Assembly: GCA_947501605.1 (NCBI GenBank) | Contig: CANMWZ010000012.1 | Location: forward strand, 1-64,000 | DNA: 64,000 nucleotides | Direction of reading: 5' to 3' | Origin: Planctomycetota bacterium | GTDB taxonomy: Bacteria > Planctomycetota > UBA1135 > UBA2386 | In this document: positions 1 through 9,867 of the stretch, in pieces | Layout of the letters: every line of letters begins with the position of its first letter | Numbering within the stretch: position 1 is the stretch's first letter | Program-made: the position numbers and the translations under genes | Notes under the pieces: generated by a model | Database searches by the model: none | Told to the model about the DNA's origin: nothing | What the model saw: the letters and a program-made list of their open reading frames with translations, nothing else

Positions 1-26
1 CGCTGGGACCGCGTGCTTCTCGTGCT

Positions 27-1124
27 TCAATCGGCGCGGTGCGTGGCGCGGATCGGCATGCGCATCGTCTCCTCGCGGGCGCCGTCGGTGCGCAGGACGA
101 GTTCGGCACGCACGGTCTGGCGCGTCGCCGAGCCGACCCAACCCACGCGCACGCGCGTTCGCGGCATCGCGCCATCGAGCGGTTCGAGCGTGATGGCGAA
201 TGAGTCGGAGAGGTCGCTGCCATCCGCCGCCACGACGCGCGGCGTCGCGAAGCTGCTGCGCCCGCCGCTGCCGTGGTCGGTGACGACGAACGTGCGCTCC
301 GGTCGGTCGCGGTCGAAGTCGAACTCGCCCAAGAACAACATCGCCACCGAGGCCGTGAGGTCGGAGGTGAGCCTCGCCCTCACCGGGATCCGCACCGCGT
401 AGCCATTCCGATCGGTGACGACATCAATAGCGCCGGCGAAGAGGCCGAGCTGCGTCTCGTTTCCTGGGCGCAGCGTGGCATGCAGTTCGATGCCGTCATC
501 GATGTTCACGACGCTTGCGTGCAAGCGCTGATCGTCGCTGCGGACGTCGACGGCGTGGATCGGACGGCCATCGTCGCTGCGGATCTGCACGACCTCGGTG
601 CGTTCGCGGCTCCGCGGCACGTCGCCGAACGCCACGCTGGCTCGGGGCGTGATCGCGATCTTCGAGTCGATCGAGAACGAGAACGAGCAGCGCACCTCGT
701 TGCGCCCGCCGTCGCCACTCTCGGGCGGTGCGAACACGATCGCCGCGACGTGCTCTTCGACCTCCGTGTCCTCGGCTTCCAATCGCGAGGTGTCGATGCG
801 AACGCGCAAATGCAGGCGTTCGCCCGGAGCCAGCGATCGCAGCGCGAGAGGCAGTGGATCGAGCGTTCGCTCGCCGCCGTCGTCTGCGAGCACCACGAGG
901 CTCGCGCGCGCACACGTGCAATCGAGTTCGACGGCGATCGGGACCGCGCCACCGGCGGTCGCGGCGGGGTCGACCAGGAAGTCGTGCTGCACCGCTATGC
1001 CGTGCAGGATCGTGCCGAAGTCGAAGTGCGCGCCGTGTCGACCGCCGCTGCAGGCACCGACCGCGACTGCCAGCAATGGCAGCGCGCGGGCGAGCAGCGA
1101 TCGACGGCGGGGCCTACGTTCCAC
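27..1124 (-). CDS. Putative lipoprotein with Ig-like (DUF1573-like) beta-sandwich repeats
   Basis: 365-aa ORF; basic N-terminus, hydrophobic stretch and lipobox-like LAVAVGAC; DFG...HDF and DCTC elements plus a repeated 'VAFGDV/LFLGEF' pattern resemble DUF1573 proteins. Confidence 0.55.
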   Translation of the reverse strand: MERRPRRRSLLARALPLLAVAVGACSGGRHGAHFDFGTILHGIAVQHDFLVDPAATAGGAVPIAVELDCTCARASLVVLADDGGERTLDPLPLALRSLAPGERLHLRVRIDTSRLEAEDTEVEEHVAAIVFAPPESGDGGRNEVRCSFSFSIDSKIAITPRASVAFGDVPRSRERTEVVQIRSDDGRPIHAVDVRSDDQRLHASVVNIDDGIELHATLRPGNETQLGLFAGAIDVVTDRNGYAVRIPVRARLTSDLTASVAMLFLGEFDFDRDRPERTFVVTDHGSGGRSSFATPRVVAADGSDLSDSFAITLEPLDGAMPRTRVRVGWVGSATRQTVRAELVLRTDGAREETMRMPIRATHRAD

Positions 1125-1217
1125 AACCGAGGATCGGCTCGCGGCCGTCCCCGGCTGTGCTGTTCGCGACGGTCCGCGCGGGACGCGCGAGCCATCGGTG
1201 ACGTCGGCGCTTCCCGT

Positions 1218-3284
1218 TCAGCGCGTGACCCGGAAGCGGAAGCTCGCGGTGCCCTGCAGGCTCGATTCGACGACCACGAACTGGTCCTGCGCGGTCGGGA
1301 TGGCCTCTGGCCGGAACGTGCTGGTCGGTGCGCGGTAGCGCCAGAACCCGAGGTCGCCGACGAACGTGGCACCGAGGTGACGAGCCGGGTCCTTCACGGG
1401 CAGTCCGTTCACGAGCACCGTCTGGCCGTTGCCGTCGAGCAGCGCCAGGTAGACATCGATGCGCTGGTCCCATTGCACGTCGGAGGTGCCGGCCACGTCC
1501 CAGAGTCCCTTGCCATTGTCGTAGCGAGCGGCGGTGACGGCGACGACGTCGATGACCACGTTCGGATCGGTGACGTGCACCACGACCGTGTCCTCGGAGG
1601 CGCGGCCGTATTGATCGATCACGGTCAGTCGGAAGCTCAGATCGCCGGCTTGGGTCACCGTGCCTTGCAGAATGGCACCCTGCGAGTTCACGTTGTCGAT
1701 CTCGAAGCCGGCAGTCGGCGGGGCCCACAAGAACTGCGTCACGAGGCCTTGCGAGTTCGCGCCGCTGAGGGTCACGACCGTGCGGATGTCGACGGCTTGA
1801 TCGAGACCGGCGTCGGCAGTGGGGCCAGGAACCTGGGGATCCTGCGTCGACTTGCCGGCACCGACGATCTGCAGCGGCGCGACCGTGATGCCGCCGGCCG
1901 ACGACCGCACGACGATCTGCTCGGGCGGCACGTAGGTGGCGGGCACCGGTTGGCTGACGGACGCGTCGCCCTGGCCGCCGGTCAGGACCGGCGACACGAC
2001 GAAGTCGGCGAGGTCGACGTCCATCGTGCGCGAGGTCGACTTGTCGGTCGAGACGAGCTGCACGACGAGATTGCCGGGCGCGGTCGTGGTGCCGAGCGTG
2101 TAGACGGCGCTCTGCACGGTGACGAGGTCGGTCAGGTTTGCACGAGTCGCCTGCGTGAGCGGCGTGTCCGAGACGTTGTGGACCTCGAGGTTCGCCGGCA
2201 GCGACGCATTGGCACCGCCGAGGTCGATCTGCGCGAAGTAGTGACCGGAAGTGCCGTTCTCCTGCATCGGCACGAAGGTGCCGTCCTGCGCGCGCGCAAT
2301 CAGGCTCTGGCCTTCTGCCGACTGCGCGAACACCGTCACCGCTGTCGACATCGACGAACTCGCGGCATCGCCGGTCGCCGAGTAGTAGGCGTTGTCGATG
2401 CCGACGCCGTACTGCTCTGCGACTTGGCCCTGCATGCTGAAGGTCGTGCTGCGGATCGTGTCGGGCAACTCCGCGACCACGAGCGCGGGGAACAGTGTGG
2501 TGAGACCGGGCCCTTCGTACTCGACGAAGTTGCGACCGATGGGGCTGCCTTCGAGGGTCTCCAGCGTGAGCCCGCCGTCCGACAGGAACGTGCCCTTCGG
2601 TGCGTTGCGGTCGAAGCCGGTGGGGACCAGGAACGGACCGATGTCGCCGTAGAGCGCGCCTTGGAAGTTGCCGACCGCGAGGCCGAGGTCGCGCGTGTAG
2701 AACACGCCGCCGTCGACGTCGGTCTCGAGGACCTCCGCGCCGTAGGGATGGCGGATCGTGTAGGTCGACTCGGGGACGAGGTCGCGCAGGCGAATGCGAA
2801 GTCGCGCGAACACGACCTGCTGGCCGAGTTGCACATCGCCCGATGCGAATGCGCCTTCGATCGCCACGTGATAGAGCACGCGGGCGCGCGCTGGCAGCGG
2901 CGCGATCTCGAGATTCTCGATCGCGTAGTAGAACATCTCGTCGGGGAAGTTGAAGTCGCCGGCGAGGACCTGGGCTTCGGTCTGCGGGAACGAGACGGGC
3001 CGCAGCGGATCGGCGCGGAAGAAGCAGCGGCCGGGGTCCTTGCAGACGCCGAGCTTCAGCCCGCTGGTGTCCTCGTACCACGCCGGAAACCCGAGCGTGG
3101 GATCGAGAGGGCCGACGCGCTTCAGGCCCACCGGGCCGTTCGGGACCTGCGCGGTCGTCGAGGTTGCAGTCGCGACGAGCGCGAACAGAACAGCGAACGA
3201 AGCTGCGGTCTTCGCCTTGGTGAGGCGGCGCGAACTGGGGGAGCGGCGATCGAAATCGCCGGACGAGCTTTGTGGTCGATCCAT
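1218..3284 (-). CDS. Secreted protein with a C-terminal PKD/REJ-like Ig domain
   Basis: 688-aa ORF with signal peptide (FAVLFALVATATSTTAQ); PKD-like segment PTADAGLDQAV...VTLSGANS...FRLTVID; Thr/Val-rich beta composition. Confidence 0.7.
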   Translation of the reverse strand: MDRPQSSSGDFDRRSPSSRRLTKAKTAASFAVLFALVATATSTTAQVPNGPVGLKRVGPLDPTLGFPAWYEDTSGLKLGVCKDPGRCFFRADPLRPVSFPQTEAQVLAGDFNFPDEMFYYAIENLEIAPLPARARVLYHVAIEGAFASGDVQLGQQVVFARLRIRLRDLVPESTYTIRHPYGAEVLETDVDGGVFYTRDLGLAVGNFQGALYGDIGPFLVPTGFDRNAPKGTFLSDGGLTLETLEGSPIGRNFVEYEGPGLTTLFPALVVAELPDTIRSTTFSMQGQVAEQYGVGIDNAYYSATGDAASSSMSTAVTVFAQSAEGQSLIARAQDGTFVPMQENGTSGHYFAQIDLGGANASLPANLEVHNVSDTPLTQATRANLTDLVTVQSAVYTLGTTTAPGNLVVQLVSTDKSTSRTMDVDLADFVVSPVLTGGQGDASVSQPVPATYVPPEQIVVRSSAGGITVAPLQIVGAGKSTQDPQVPGPTADAGLDQAVDIRTVVTLSGANSQGLVTQFLWAPPTAGFEIDNVNSQGAILQGTVTQAGDLSFRLTVIDQYGRASEDTVVVHVTDPNVVIDVVAVTAARYDNGKGLWDVAGTSDVQWDQRIDVYLALLDGNGQTVLVNGLPVKDPARHLGATFVGDLGFWRYRAPTSTFRPEAIPTAQDQFVVVESSLQGTASFRFRVTR

Positions 3285-3487
3285 GGGGCGGTGCTGCAGA
3301 AGGCTTGCGGGAGTGAGGGGTCCCGGTACGAGACAACCCTACTTCGCGAACTCGCACTCGGCGGCGCGCTGCGCGCGCGCGGCTGGACGATGCGGTGCCC
3401 GGCACGGACGACGATCGCCGCGACATCGAAGAATGGCACGCGAGGTTGCGGCGGGCCGTGCGCGTGCAAATCCTGGCGATCGCGCCC

Positions 3488-3724
3488 GTGCTCGAGGACG
3501 TGTTCGGCCTCGATTCGCTGCGGCCGCTGAAAGCCGAAGTCATCGCGGCAGCCGTTGGCGGCGGCGATGCACTCGTCGTGCTGCCGACTGGCGGCAGCAA
3601 GTCGCTGTGTTATCCACTGCCGCCTCTGCTCACCGACACGTTGACCATCGTCGTTTCGCCGTTGATCGCGCTGATGAAGGACCATCTCGACGGCCTGCGT
3701 CTGCTGGGCTACCCGGCCGCCGCC
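3488..3724 (+). pseudogene. recQ: Degenerate N-terminal fragment of a RecQ helicase
   Basis: VLEDVFGLDSLRPLKAEVI...DALVVLPTGGSKSLCYPLP...TIVVSPLIALMKDH matches RecQ motifs 0, I and Ia with substitutions (GGGKS to GGSKS, CYQLP to CYPLP, DQV to DHL); similarity ends after ~80 codons. Confidence 0.8.
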
Positions 3725-4099
3725 GAGAGTCTTCCGCGACCGGTCGCAAGCCACCCAGGTCGCCAACGCCCGAAGCTCCAGCGGCACGTTGGCCCGAGGG
3801 ATCCCTACGACTCGGGCGCTCGCCCGCGGCAGCAACCCGGAGCTTGTCCAGGAGGCTCATGACGCGCCTCCCGCCGGGACCGCCCGACGCATCGTCGCTC
3901 CAGCAGAGGGCCCACGGCCTTGGCCGACCAGTCCACCCACGCTGCCCGGTTCGCGCGCGATCGCGACCACAGCGCTAGGGTCGGGGGCAGTGGCAACTGT
4001 GCGATTTCGGGCCGCCGTGGCCAGCCGGGGCGGTGGCCAAAGGACCGCCCGAGCCCCTCCCATCGGCCCCAGAAAGCGCCCCACGAGTCCGCCGACCAC

Positions 4100-4120
4100 T
4101 ACCCACTCCAGTACCCACTC
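4100..4120. repeat. 9-bp direct repeat TACCCACTC x2 with 12-bp period; candidate tyrosine-integrase arm site
   Basis: tacccactc-cag-tacccactc lies ~65-85 bp beyond the tRNA 3' end. Confidence 0.45.
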
Positions 4121-4185
4121 GGGGTTTCCACCCACCACAACACGCGAGAAATCGGCTCTAGACCCAAGAACTCGCGCGAAGCGGA

Positions 4186-4261
4186 TGGTAGGCCCTGCAG
4201 GACTCGAACCTGCAACCAAGCGGGTATGAGCCGCCGGCTCTAACCATTGAGCTAAGGGCCT
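4186..4261 (-). tRNA. tRNA with CAT anticodon, most likely tRNA-Ile2 (lysidine-modified)
   Basis: Reverse complement AGGCCCTTAGCTCAATGGTTAGAGCCGGCGGCTCATACCCGCTTGGTTGCAGGTTCGAGTCCTGCAGGGCCTACCA; cloverleaf with encoded CCA; C4-G69 and C5-G68 pairs (TilS determinants); lacks initiator features. Confidence 0.9.
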
Positions 4262-4325
4262 TCGAGGGCGGAGAGCCTACGCAGAATCCTTGGAGGGACC
4301 AGACCGTGCCCGCCAAGATGCGCAC

Positions 4326-5327
4326 GTGACTGCACGCCTCGATCCAGCTCCGATCCTCGCCGAACTGCGCCTTCTCCAAGAGTCGCTGCGCGCGGCGTTA
4401 TGCGAGCACATGCTGACGCAGGCCCAAGAAACTTGGGCGCGCGCCGAACGCGACGATGCCGGCGACACGATCTTTGGCATCGACGTTGCGGTCGAGGATC
4501 GACTGCTCGCGCACTGCCAGCGATGGGGACAGCAGCAGCGGTTCCGCCTGGTCGCCGAGGGGCTCGATCCTCGCGGCGTGGTGTTTGGCGACGACGGGCG
4601 CGGCGGGCCGCCGTTCGTGCTGATCGTCGACCCGATCGATGGCACGCGCGGCTTGATGTTCGACAAGCGCAGCGCCTTCTGCCTGATGGCGGTCGCCCCC
4701 GAGCTCGGGCCAACCACTTCGCTCGCCGATGTCGAGCTCGCGGTGATGACCGAGTTGCCCACGACACGGCAGCTGACGAGCGATGTGCTCTGGGCCATGC
4801 GTGGCAGCGGTGCCCACGGTGAACGGCACGACCTGCGCAACGGCAAACGCATCCCGCTCGCCGTCGTGCCGAGTTCGGCCGCCACGCTGCGCCACGGCTT
4901 CGCGACCGTCGCGTCGTTCTTCCAAGGCGGCAAGGAACTGACGGCGCGGCTCGACGAAGCGATCCTGCTGCGAGCGCTGGGGCCGTGGAACCCGGAGAAG
5001 GCCGAGGTCTACAGCGACCAGTACATCTGCAGCGGCGGGCAACTCGCAGAGCTAGCCCTCGGGCGCGATCGCTTCGTTCTGGATGCGCGGCCGCTCGTCT
5101 ACCGCAAGCTCGGCGTTCGGTCGTCGCTGTGTTGTCGGCCCTACGATCTCTGCTGTGCGTTGATCGCGCAGGAAGCGGGCTGCATCGTCACCGATCCGTT
5201 CGGCGCCCCGCTCGACGCGCCGCTCGACACCACTACGAACGTAGCGTGGGTCGGGTATGCCAACGCGGCACTAGCGCACCGCATGGGGCCGATCGTGCAG
5301 GACGAAGTCACGCGGTTGCTGGGCTGA
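4326..5327 (+). CDS. Inositol monophosphatase family protein
   Basis: AEG and IVDPIDGT metal-binding motifs; PYDL...AQEAGCIVTD C-terminal motif; start uncertain (4290 or 4326). Confidence 0.85.
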   Translation: MTARLDPAPILAELRLLQESLRAALCEHMLTQAQETWARAERDDAGDTIFGIDVAVEDRLLAHCQRWGQQQRFRLVAEGLDPRGVVFGDDGRGGPPFVLIVDPIDGTRGLMFDKRSAFCLMAVAPELGPTTSLADVELAVMTELPTTRQLTSDVLWAMRGSGAHGERHDLRNGKRIPLAVVPSSAATLRHGFATVASFFQGGKELTARLDEAILLRALGPWNPEKAEVYSDQYICSGGQLAELALGRDRFVLDARPLVYRKLGVRSSLCCRPYDLCCALIAQEAGCIVTDPFGAPLDAPLDTTTNVAWVGYANAALAHRMGPIVQDEVTRLLG

Positions 5328-5343
5328 ACGCACAGCTGAGCAG

Positions 5344-5985
5344 TCAGACTTGTCGCGGGACGCCGTCGCGAAGCCAGCCATCGACCTGCACGATCCGATC
5401 TTCCTCGGCGATCCATGCAGACAGCTTGCCGCCATAGACGCAACCTGTGTCCAAGCCGATGCAGTGCTTTGCGACCACGAGTCCGCGCCGCGCCCAGTGA
5501 CCGAAGACCACGCGCTTGTCGCCGCGATAAAAATCATCCCACGGCCGATAGGGCGGACCGGGCGGTGGCCAGTCCTCCGCTGGGCGATTGCCGTCAGCGT
5601 CGCAGTAGCGCACGTTGACGGCATAGTCCTGTTCGCGTTCGTCGAGCTGCGGCAAGTGCGCCACTTCCCACTTCGGGTGCAGTCCGGCGTGCACCATGAT
5701 GACGTCGTCGAACACGCGCACGAACGGCTGCTTCTGCAGCCATTCCACCTGCCGCGAGTCACTGAGCTTTCGCCGCTTCAACACGTGAAGGTCGTGGTTG
5801 CCGAGCACAGGTTCGGCCTGCAGCTGCATCAACAAGGCGACGGTACCCGGCGAGTCCGGGCCCTTGTTGACGAGGTCGCCGCAGGGCAGCAGACGGTCGC
5901 GCCCCGCCCGGAACGCAACGGCTACGAGTAGCCGCTCCAGTGGTTCGCGGCAGCCCTGGATGTCACCGATGAAGATGCGACGCAC
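5344..5985 (-). CDS. ApaH-like metallophosphoesterase (diadenosine tetraphosphatase/PPP family)
   Basis: GDIQGC, GDLVNKGPDS, LGNHD, VHAG, FGHW and LDTGCVYGGKL motifs. Confidence 0.88.
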   Translation of the reverse strand: MRRIFIGDIQGCREPLERLLVAVAFRAGRDRLLPCGDLVNKGPDSPGTVALLMQLQAEPVLGNHDLHVLKRRKLSDSRQVEWLQKQPFVRVFDDVIMVHAGLHPKWEVAHLPQLDEREQDYAVNVRYCDADGNRPAEDWPPPGPPYRPWDDFYRGDKRVVFGHWARRGLVVAKHCIGLDTGCVYGGKLSAWIAEEDRIVQVDGWLRDGVPRQV

Positions 5986-6059
5986 GGGGCAGACGATAGC
6001 GACGGCAGCGAGCGGAAACGCTGGCGGGATCCGGGGGCGATGTGCATTGTCTGCCACGC

Positions 6060-7598
6060 ATGTCACGTGTGATTCGTGCCGCCAGCGCCATCTCCGGTCT
6101 CACGCTGCTGTCGCGCGCGTTCGGCCTCTGGCGCGACGGCCTGATGGCGGCCGTGCTCGGCGCTGGGCCCGTGTCGGACACGTTCTTCCTGGCGTGGGCG
6201 CTGCCCAACCTGATGCGGCGGCTGCTCGGCGAAGGCGCGCTGTCGGCTTCGTTCGTGCCAGCCTACACAGCAGCGATAAAGAAGGGCGAAGCCGAAGCGC
6301 GCACGCTGTTGAGTCAGGTGCTGGGCGCGGTCCTCTTGCTGCTGCTGCCGCTGGTCGCAGTCGTCGTCGTCGCCAGCGTGGTGGCGACCGCCCTGGGGTG
6401 GGGCGAAGGCGATCGCACAGGATTGCTGCTGGAACTCAACGCCGTCTTGTTTCCGTACACGATCCCCATCTGTGTGACGGCGATGCTCGCCGGCGCGCTC
6501 AACACGCTCGCCGTGTTCGCGATGCCGGCGGCAGTGCCCATCGTGCTCAATGTGGTCTGGATCGCGGCGCTCTACCTAGTCGATCCGTTCGGCATCACCA
6601 CCGACGAAGGCGTCGCGCGATTCTTGGCGATCGCATTGTGCCTCGGCGGCTTCGCCCAGTTGTTGTTCGTCGTCGGACCGCTACAGAAACGTCGGGCACT
6701 GGCGCGACCGACGCTGCGCTGGCCGGCCCGCGGAACGCCTGCTGCTGCTGTCTTCCTCACGATGGCGCCAACGGTTCTCGGCATGTCGCTGGGCCAGATC
6801 TCGACGCTGCTCGATCAGGGCATGGCGTACTGGCTGCTCAAGGAAGGTGCCAACACCTACCTGTACCTCGCCAATCGGCTACTGCTGTTTCCGCATGCAC
6901 TGACCGCGCTCGCTGTGGTCGTCGCGGTGTTCCCGAAGCTGGCGAGCGACGCGACCGAAGTCGACCGCGCCGGCATGCGAACGACCCTCGGTCGCGCTGC
7001 GGCGGCGATGGTGTTCGTCACCGTGCCCGCGGCGATGGGCCTCTTCGTGCTGGCCGACGACGTGGTCGCCGGTCTCTTCGTGCGCCGCAACTTCGACGCG
7101 CAGGATGCGGCGGCGACGACGCTGACCCTGCGTTGCTTGCTCGCTGGGCTCCCGTTCCTCGGTTTGTCGCAACTCTACGCCCGGGCCTTCTACTCGGTCG
7201 GCGACATGCGGACCCCGGCGCGAGTCGCGGCGTGGCTGCTGTTGCTCAACGTGGCGCTCAACGCCGTGTTGGTCGCCGGCTTCGGCTGTGGCACCGAAGG
7301 CCTCGCGGCCTCGACCAGCTTCTGCGCCGCACTCAACACCGCTTGGCTCGCAGCAAGGCTGCGGCAGCACGTTCCAGCGGCAGCGCGCCGCCGCGATCTC
7401 TGGCTCCGCAACTGCATCGCGACAGCACTGATGTGCACGGCAATCTGGTGGCTGCGGCCAGCGGTCGAAGGCGATCGCGTGCAGCTGCTGCTATGGCGCG
7501 TGGCGCTGCCGATCACCGCCGGCATGGTGGTCTACCTTCTGGCACACTGGCTGCTGCGCAGCGAAGAACTAGGGACGCTGAGGCGGCGCAAGCGCTGA
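6060..7598 (+). CDS. murJ: Lipid II flippase MurJ (MviN)
   Basis: LSRAFGLWRD, LPNLMRRLLGEGALSASFVP, YLANRL and RAFYS motifs; ~14 hydrophobic segments. Confidence 0.95.
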   Translation: MSRVIRAASAISGLTLLSRAFGLWRDGLMAAVLGAGPVSDTFFLAWALPNLMRRLLGEGALSASFVPAYTAAIKKGEAEARTLLSQVLGAVLLLLLPLVAVVVVASVVATALGWGEGDRTGLLLELNAVLFPYTIPICVTAMLAGALNTLAVFAMPAAVPIVLNVVWIAALYLVDPFGITTDEGVARFLAIALCLGGFAQLLFVVGPLQKRRALARPTLRWPARGTPAAAVFLTMAPTVLGMSLGQISTLLDQGMAYWLLKEGANTYLYLANRLLLFPHALTALAVVVAVFPKLASDATEVDRAGMRTTLGRAAAAMVFVTVPAAMGLFVLADDVVAGLFVRRNFDAQDAAATTLTLRCLLAGLPFLGLSQLYARAFYSVGDMRTPARVAAWLLLLNVALNAVLVAGFGCGTEGLAASTSFCAALNTAWLAARLRQHVPAAARRRDLWLRNCIATALMCTAIWWLRPAVEGDRVQLLLWRVALPITAGMVVYLLAHWLLRSEELGTLRRRKR

Positions 7599-7611
7599 CC
7601 GCGCGTCGGCG

Positions 7612-8214
7612 TCACTCGACACGCACGAAGTCGATCCAGCTGCCAGTGTCCTGATTCACGCGCAGAACATCGTTGCGGAGCTCGAACAGCCGCATCTGCA
7701 CTTCGCCCGGCTTGTCGCGCAGCATGTCGCCGTCGTCGTCATCGAAGTGCCCCAGCACCGTCGTCATGCGCACTTGGCCACCGTTGTCCACGCGTGTCCA
7801 TGTGAAGACGTTGGCGCGCACGATGGGGACGTCCGGGTGCGGACCCTGGGCCTCGAAGTGCACCAGAATATGACGACGGCCAACGACCATGTAGCCGGTG
7901 CCGGGCTCGACGGCAGCTGAAGCCACGGAGCGCGAGCGCAACTGCCAGATGCCCTCGATCGGATCGCGGGTGCCGTAGCGCTCCGGGAGATCCCCGCGCT
8001 GGATCGGCTCCACGTAGGGCTCGGCGATCGGGTGCAGCGGTGCCGCATCCTTTGGCGGCGCCGCCGGGCGATCCTGCGGTTGCTGCGGAGCGGGCCTTGG
8101 GTCCGCGGCAGGAACGGGCACCGCAGGCTTCTGCGGATCCTGCGTGAACGGCAGCAGTGCGACTACAGCAGCACCGAGAACCGACCAGGCCATCTTCGTC
8201 GTCATCGCCGTCAT
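7612..8214 (-). CDS. Hypothetical secreted protein, possibly a lipocalin-like beta-barrel
   Basis: Strong SD (GAGGAGG) before ATG at 8214; signal peptide, Pro/Gln-rich linker, IEGIWQL motif and terminal DFVRVE. Confidence 0.65.
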   Translation of the reverse strand: MTAMTTKMAWSVLGAAVVALLPFTQDPQKPAVPVPAADPRPAPQQPQDRPAAPPKDAAPLHPIAEPYVEPIQRGDLPERYGTRDPIEGIWQLRSRSVASAAVEPGTGYMVVGRRHILVHFEAQGPHPDVPIVRANVFTWTRVDNGGQVRMTTVLGHFDDDDGDMLRDKPGEVQMRLFELRNDVLRVNQDTGSWIDFVRVE

Positions 8215-8233
8215 GGATCTCCTCCTCACGCCG

Positions 8234-9499
8234 TCAGTCGATCTGCACGATCAGTTCAACTTGGTCCTTGCCCACGTCGACCTTGACGCGGCGCTCGCCG
8301 GACAGCGTCTCGAAGTCACCTTCGGGATTCTTGATCTCGCGCTGGGCGCGCAACAGCACGTCGCCGCCAGGAACGCGATCGAGCACGAAGTAGCCACCCT
8401 CGTCTGTCTGCACCGTGGCACCACCAGCGGGGCCGCAGTCGTGCCACACCATCGCGCCGCCCATCGCAATGTGTGAGTTGCGCTCAATCACGCGACCGCG
8501 TAGCCGAGCACTTGGCACAACGCCGATTCGCACCGCGTCTTGGCCGGCACTCGCGTGCACCAGCGGATGCGTGAAGGCCAACGGCAGCCCGTAGACCAGG
8601 AGCCGCGGCTCGAGGCTCGGCGGCACGTGCTCGAGTTCGAAGGACCCGTCCGCAGCCACCAGAGCCTCGACCCCGGGCAGGCCCTTGGCGAGGACTCGCA
8701 GCGCCTTGTGGTCGACTCCGACTGGCACGTCGATGCGACCGCGAATCGGCTTGGTGGCGAGCAGTGGCACGATTAACGGCTCCTCGCCGCCGACGAAATG
8801 ACTGACGAACCCGATGGCGTAGCCCTTGGCCAAGACGCGCACACCGAGCACCGGCAGCGACGACGCGAACCCGGTCAACTCGTAGCGACCATCGGCATCC
8901 GTAACGGTCTCGCACAGCGGCACGCCGTGCTCACCGCCACCCATAGCGACCACGCGCGCGCCAGGGATGGCATGTAGACCGAGCGAACGGAGCCCCATCG
9001 AATAGAAACCCTCGGCGGTGCCGACGCGGCCTTTCACCGATGCGGGAGCAGACAGCGTGAGTTCGCACTCTCGACCGCGAACCACGTTGGCAAAGCCGGT
9101 ACCAACGCCTGGGCCTGACCAGCGCACGAGCGCGGCACCGGGCACGAGATCCGAGTCGAGCACGATCTCGTTGCCCTCCTGCAGACGAATCGTCGCCAGC
9201 GGCGGCGGCGGCGATGGCTGGTTGAACGCGAGTTGCTCGGGAAACAGCTGCAGCTCGAGCGGCGGCATGGCCGCATTCGGCGGCGGCACGAACGTGAGCC
9301 GCGTTCGCGAACCGGCCCAGCTCTGGTAGCCGTACCAAGCGACAGCGACGAGCGCGAGCGGCACCAGGATCCAGACGCTCAAGGGCACGCGCTGCAGCTT
9401 CGACTTGGGCTTTGACTGGAAGCGCGGCCGCGTCACCGAGGCCTTGGTTTCGATGCTGAGCGCGTCGGCGCCGGACGAATTCGGGGGCAGTTGGCTCAC
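8234..9499 (-). CDS. Membrane-anchored carboxypeptidase-regulatory-like repeat protein
   Basis: N-terminal TM helix; repeated GRV...PGARV...TDADGRY and TDEGGYF units. Confidence 0.75.
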   Translation of the reverse strand: MSQLPPNSSGADALSIETKASVTRPRFQSKPKSKLQRVPLSVWILVPLALVAVAWYGYQSWAGSRTRLTFVPPPNAAMPPLELQLFPEQLAFNQPSPPPPLATIRLQEGNEIVLDSDLVPGAALVRWSGPGVGTGFANVVRGRECELTLSAPASVKGRVGTAEGFYSMGLRSLGLHAIPGARVVAMGGGEHGVPLCETVTDADGRYELTGFASSLPVLGVRVLAKGYAIGFVSHFVGGEEPLIVPLLATKPIRGRIDVPVGVDHKALRVLAKGLPGVEALVAADGSFELEHVPPSLEPRLLVYGLPLAFTHPLVHASAGQDAVRIGVVPSARLRGRVIERNSHIAMGGAMVWHDCGPAGGATVQTDEGGYFVLDRVPGGDVLLRAQREIKNPEGDFETLSGERRVKVDVGKDQVELIVQID

Positions 9500-9867
9500 T
9501 GGTCAGAGCGTCTCGAAAGGCCTCGCCGAGCGCGAGGTTTTTGGTCGGCGGCGCGACCCTGGCAACCATGCGAAATGGCCAGCCCTAGGCAGCCGCTTTG
9601 CGGCTCCGGCGTTGGTCGCACGGGGTTGGCGAGACCTTACACGGACGAGCCAGGGTTCAGGTTTGCTCTTGGCCCAAGAAAACGCGCATCGCGACAGACA
9701 GCTCATCCATCGACCGCACGCGAGGCCGAGCCACGGCGGCCGAGGGCCCGGAGTGGGTTCGCCGCCGAGTCTGGAGCCTCCACGGCACGTCCACCGCGCC
9801 GCGATCGACCGTCGGGGCGGCCGCAGCCGCTGGCGCTTTGCGCGACCACTTCTATCGTTCGCAAACG

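Noticed and set aside
273..3530. 1085-aa + strand ORF, and the 828-aa ORF at 1114-3600
   Set aside because: Antisense or alternate-frame shadows of real minus-strand genes; Arg/Ala/Gly-rich with no motifs, as expected at high GC
4186..4261. tRNA(CAT) as initiator tRNA-fMet
   Set aside because: The 1-72 position is paired (A-T) and the anticodon stem lacks three consecutive G-C pairs; elongator Met is not fully excluded
9500..9867. Long intergenic region as an ncRNA
   Set aside because: No recognisable RNA family motif or convincing extended structure; it is probably a divergent promoter region
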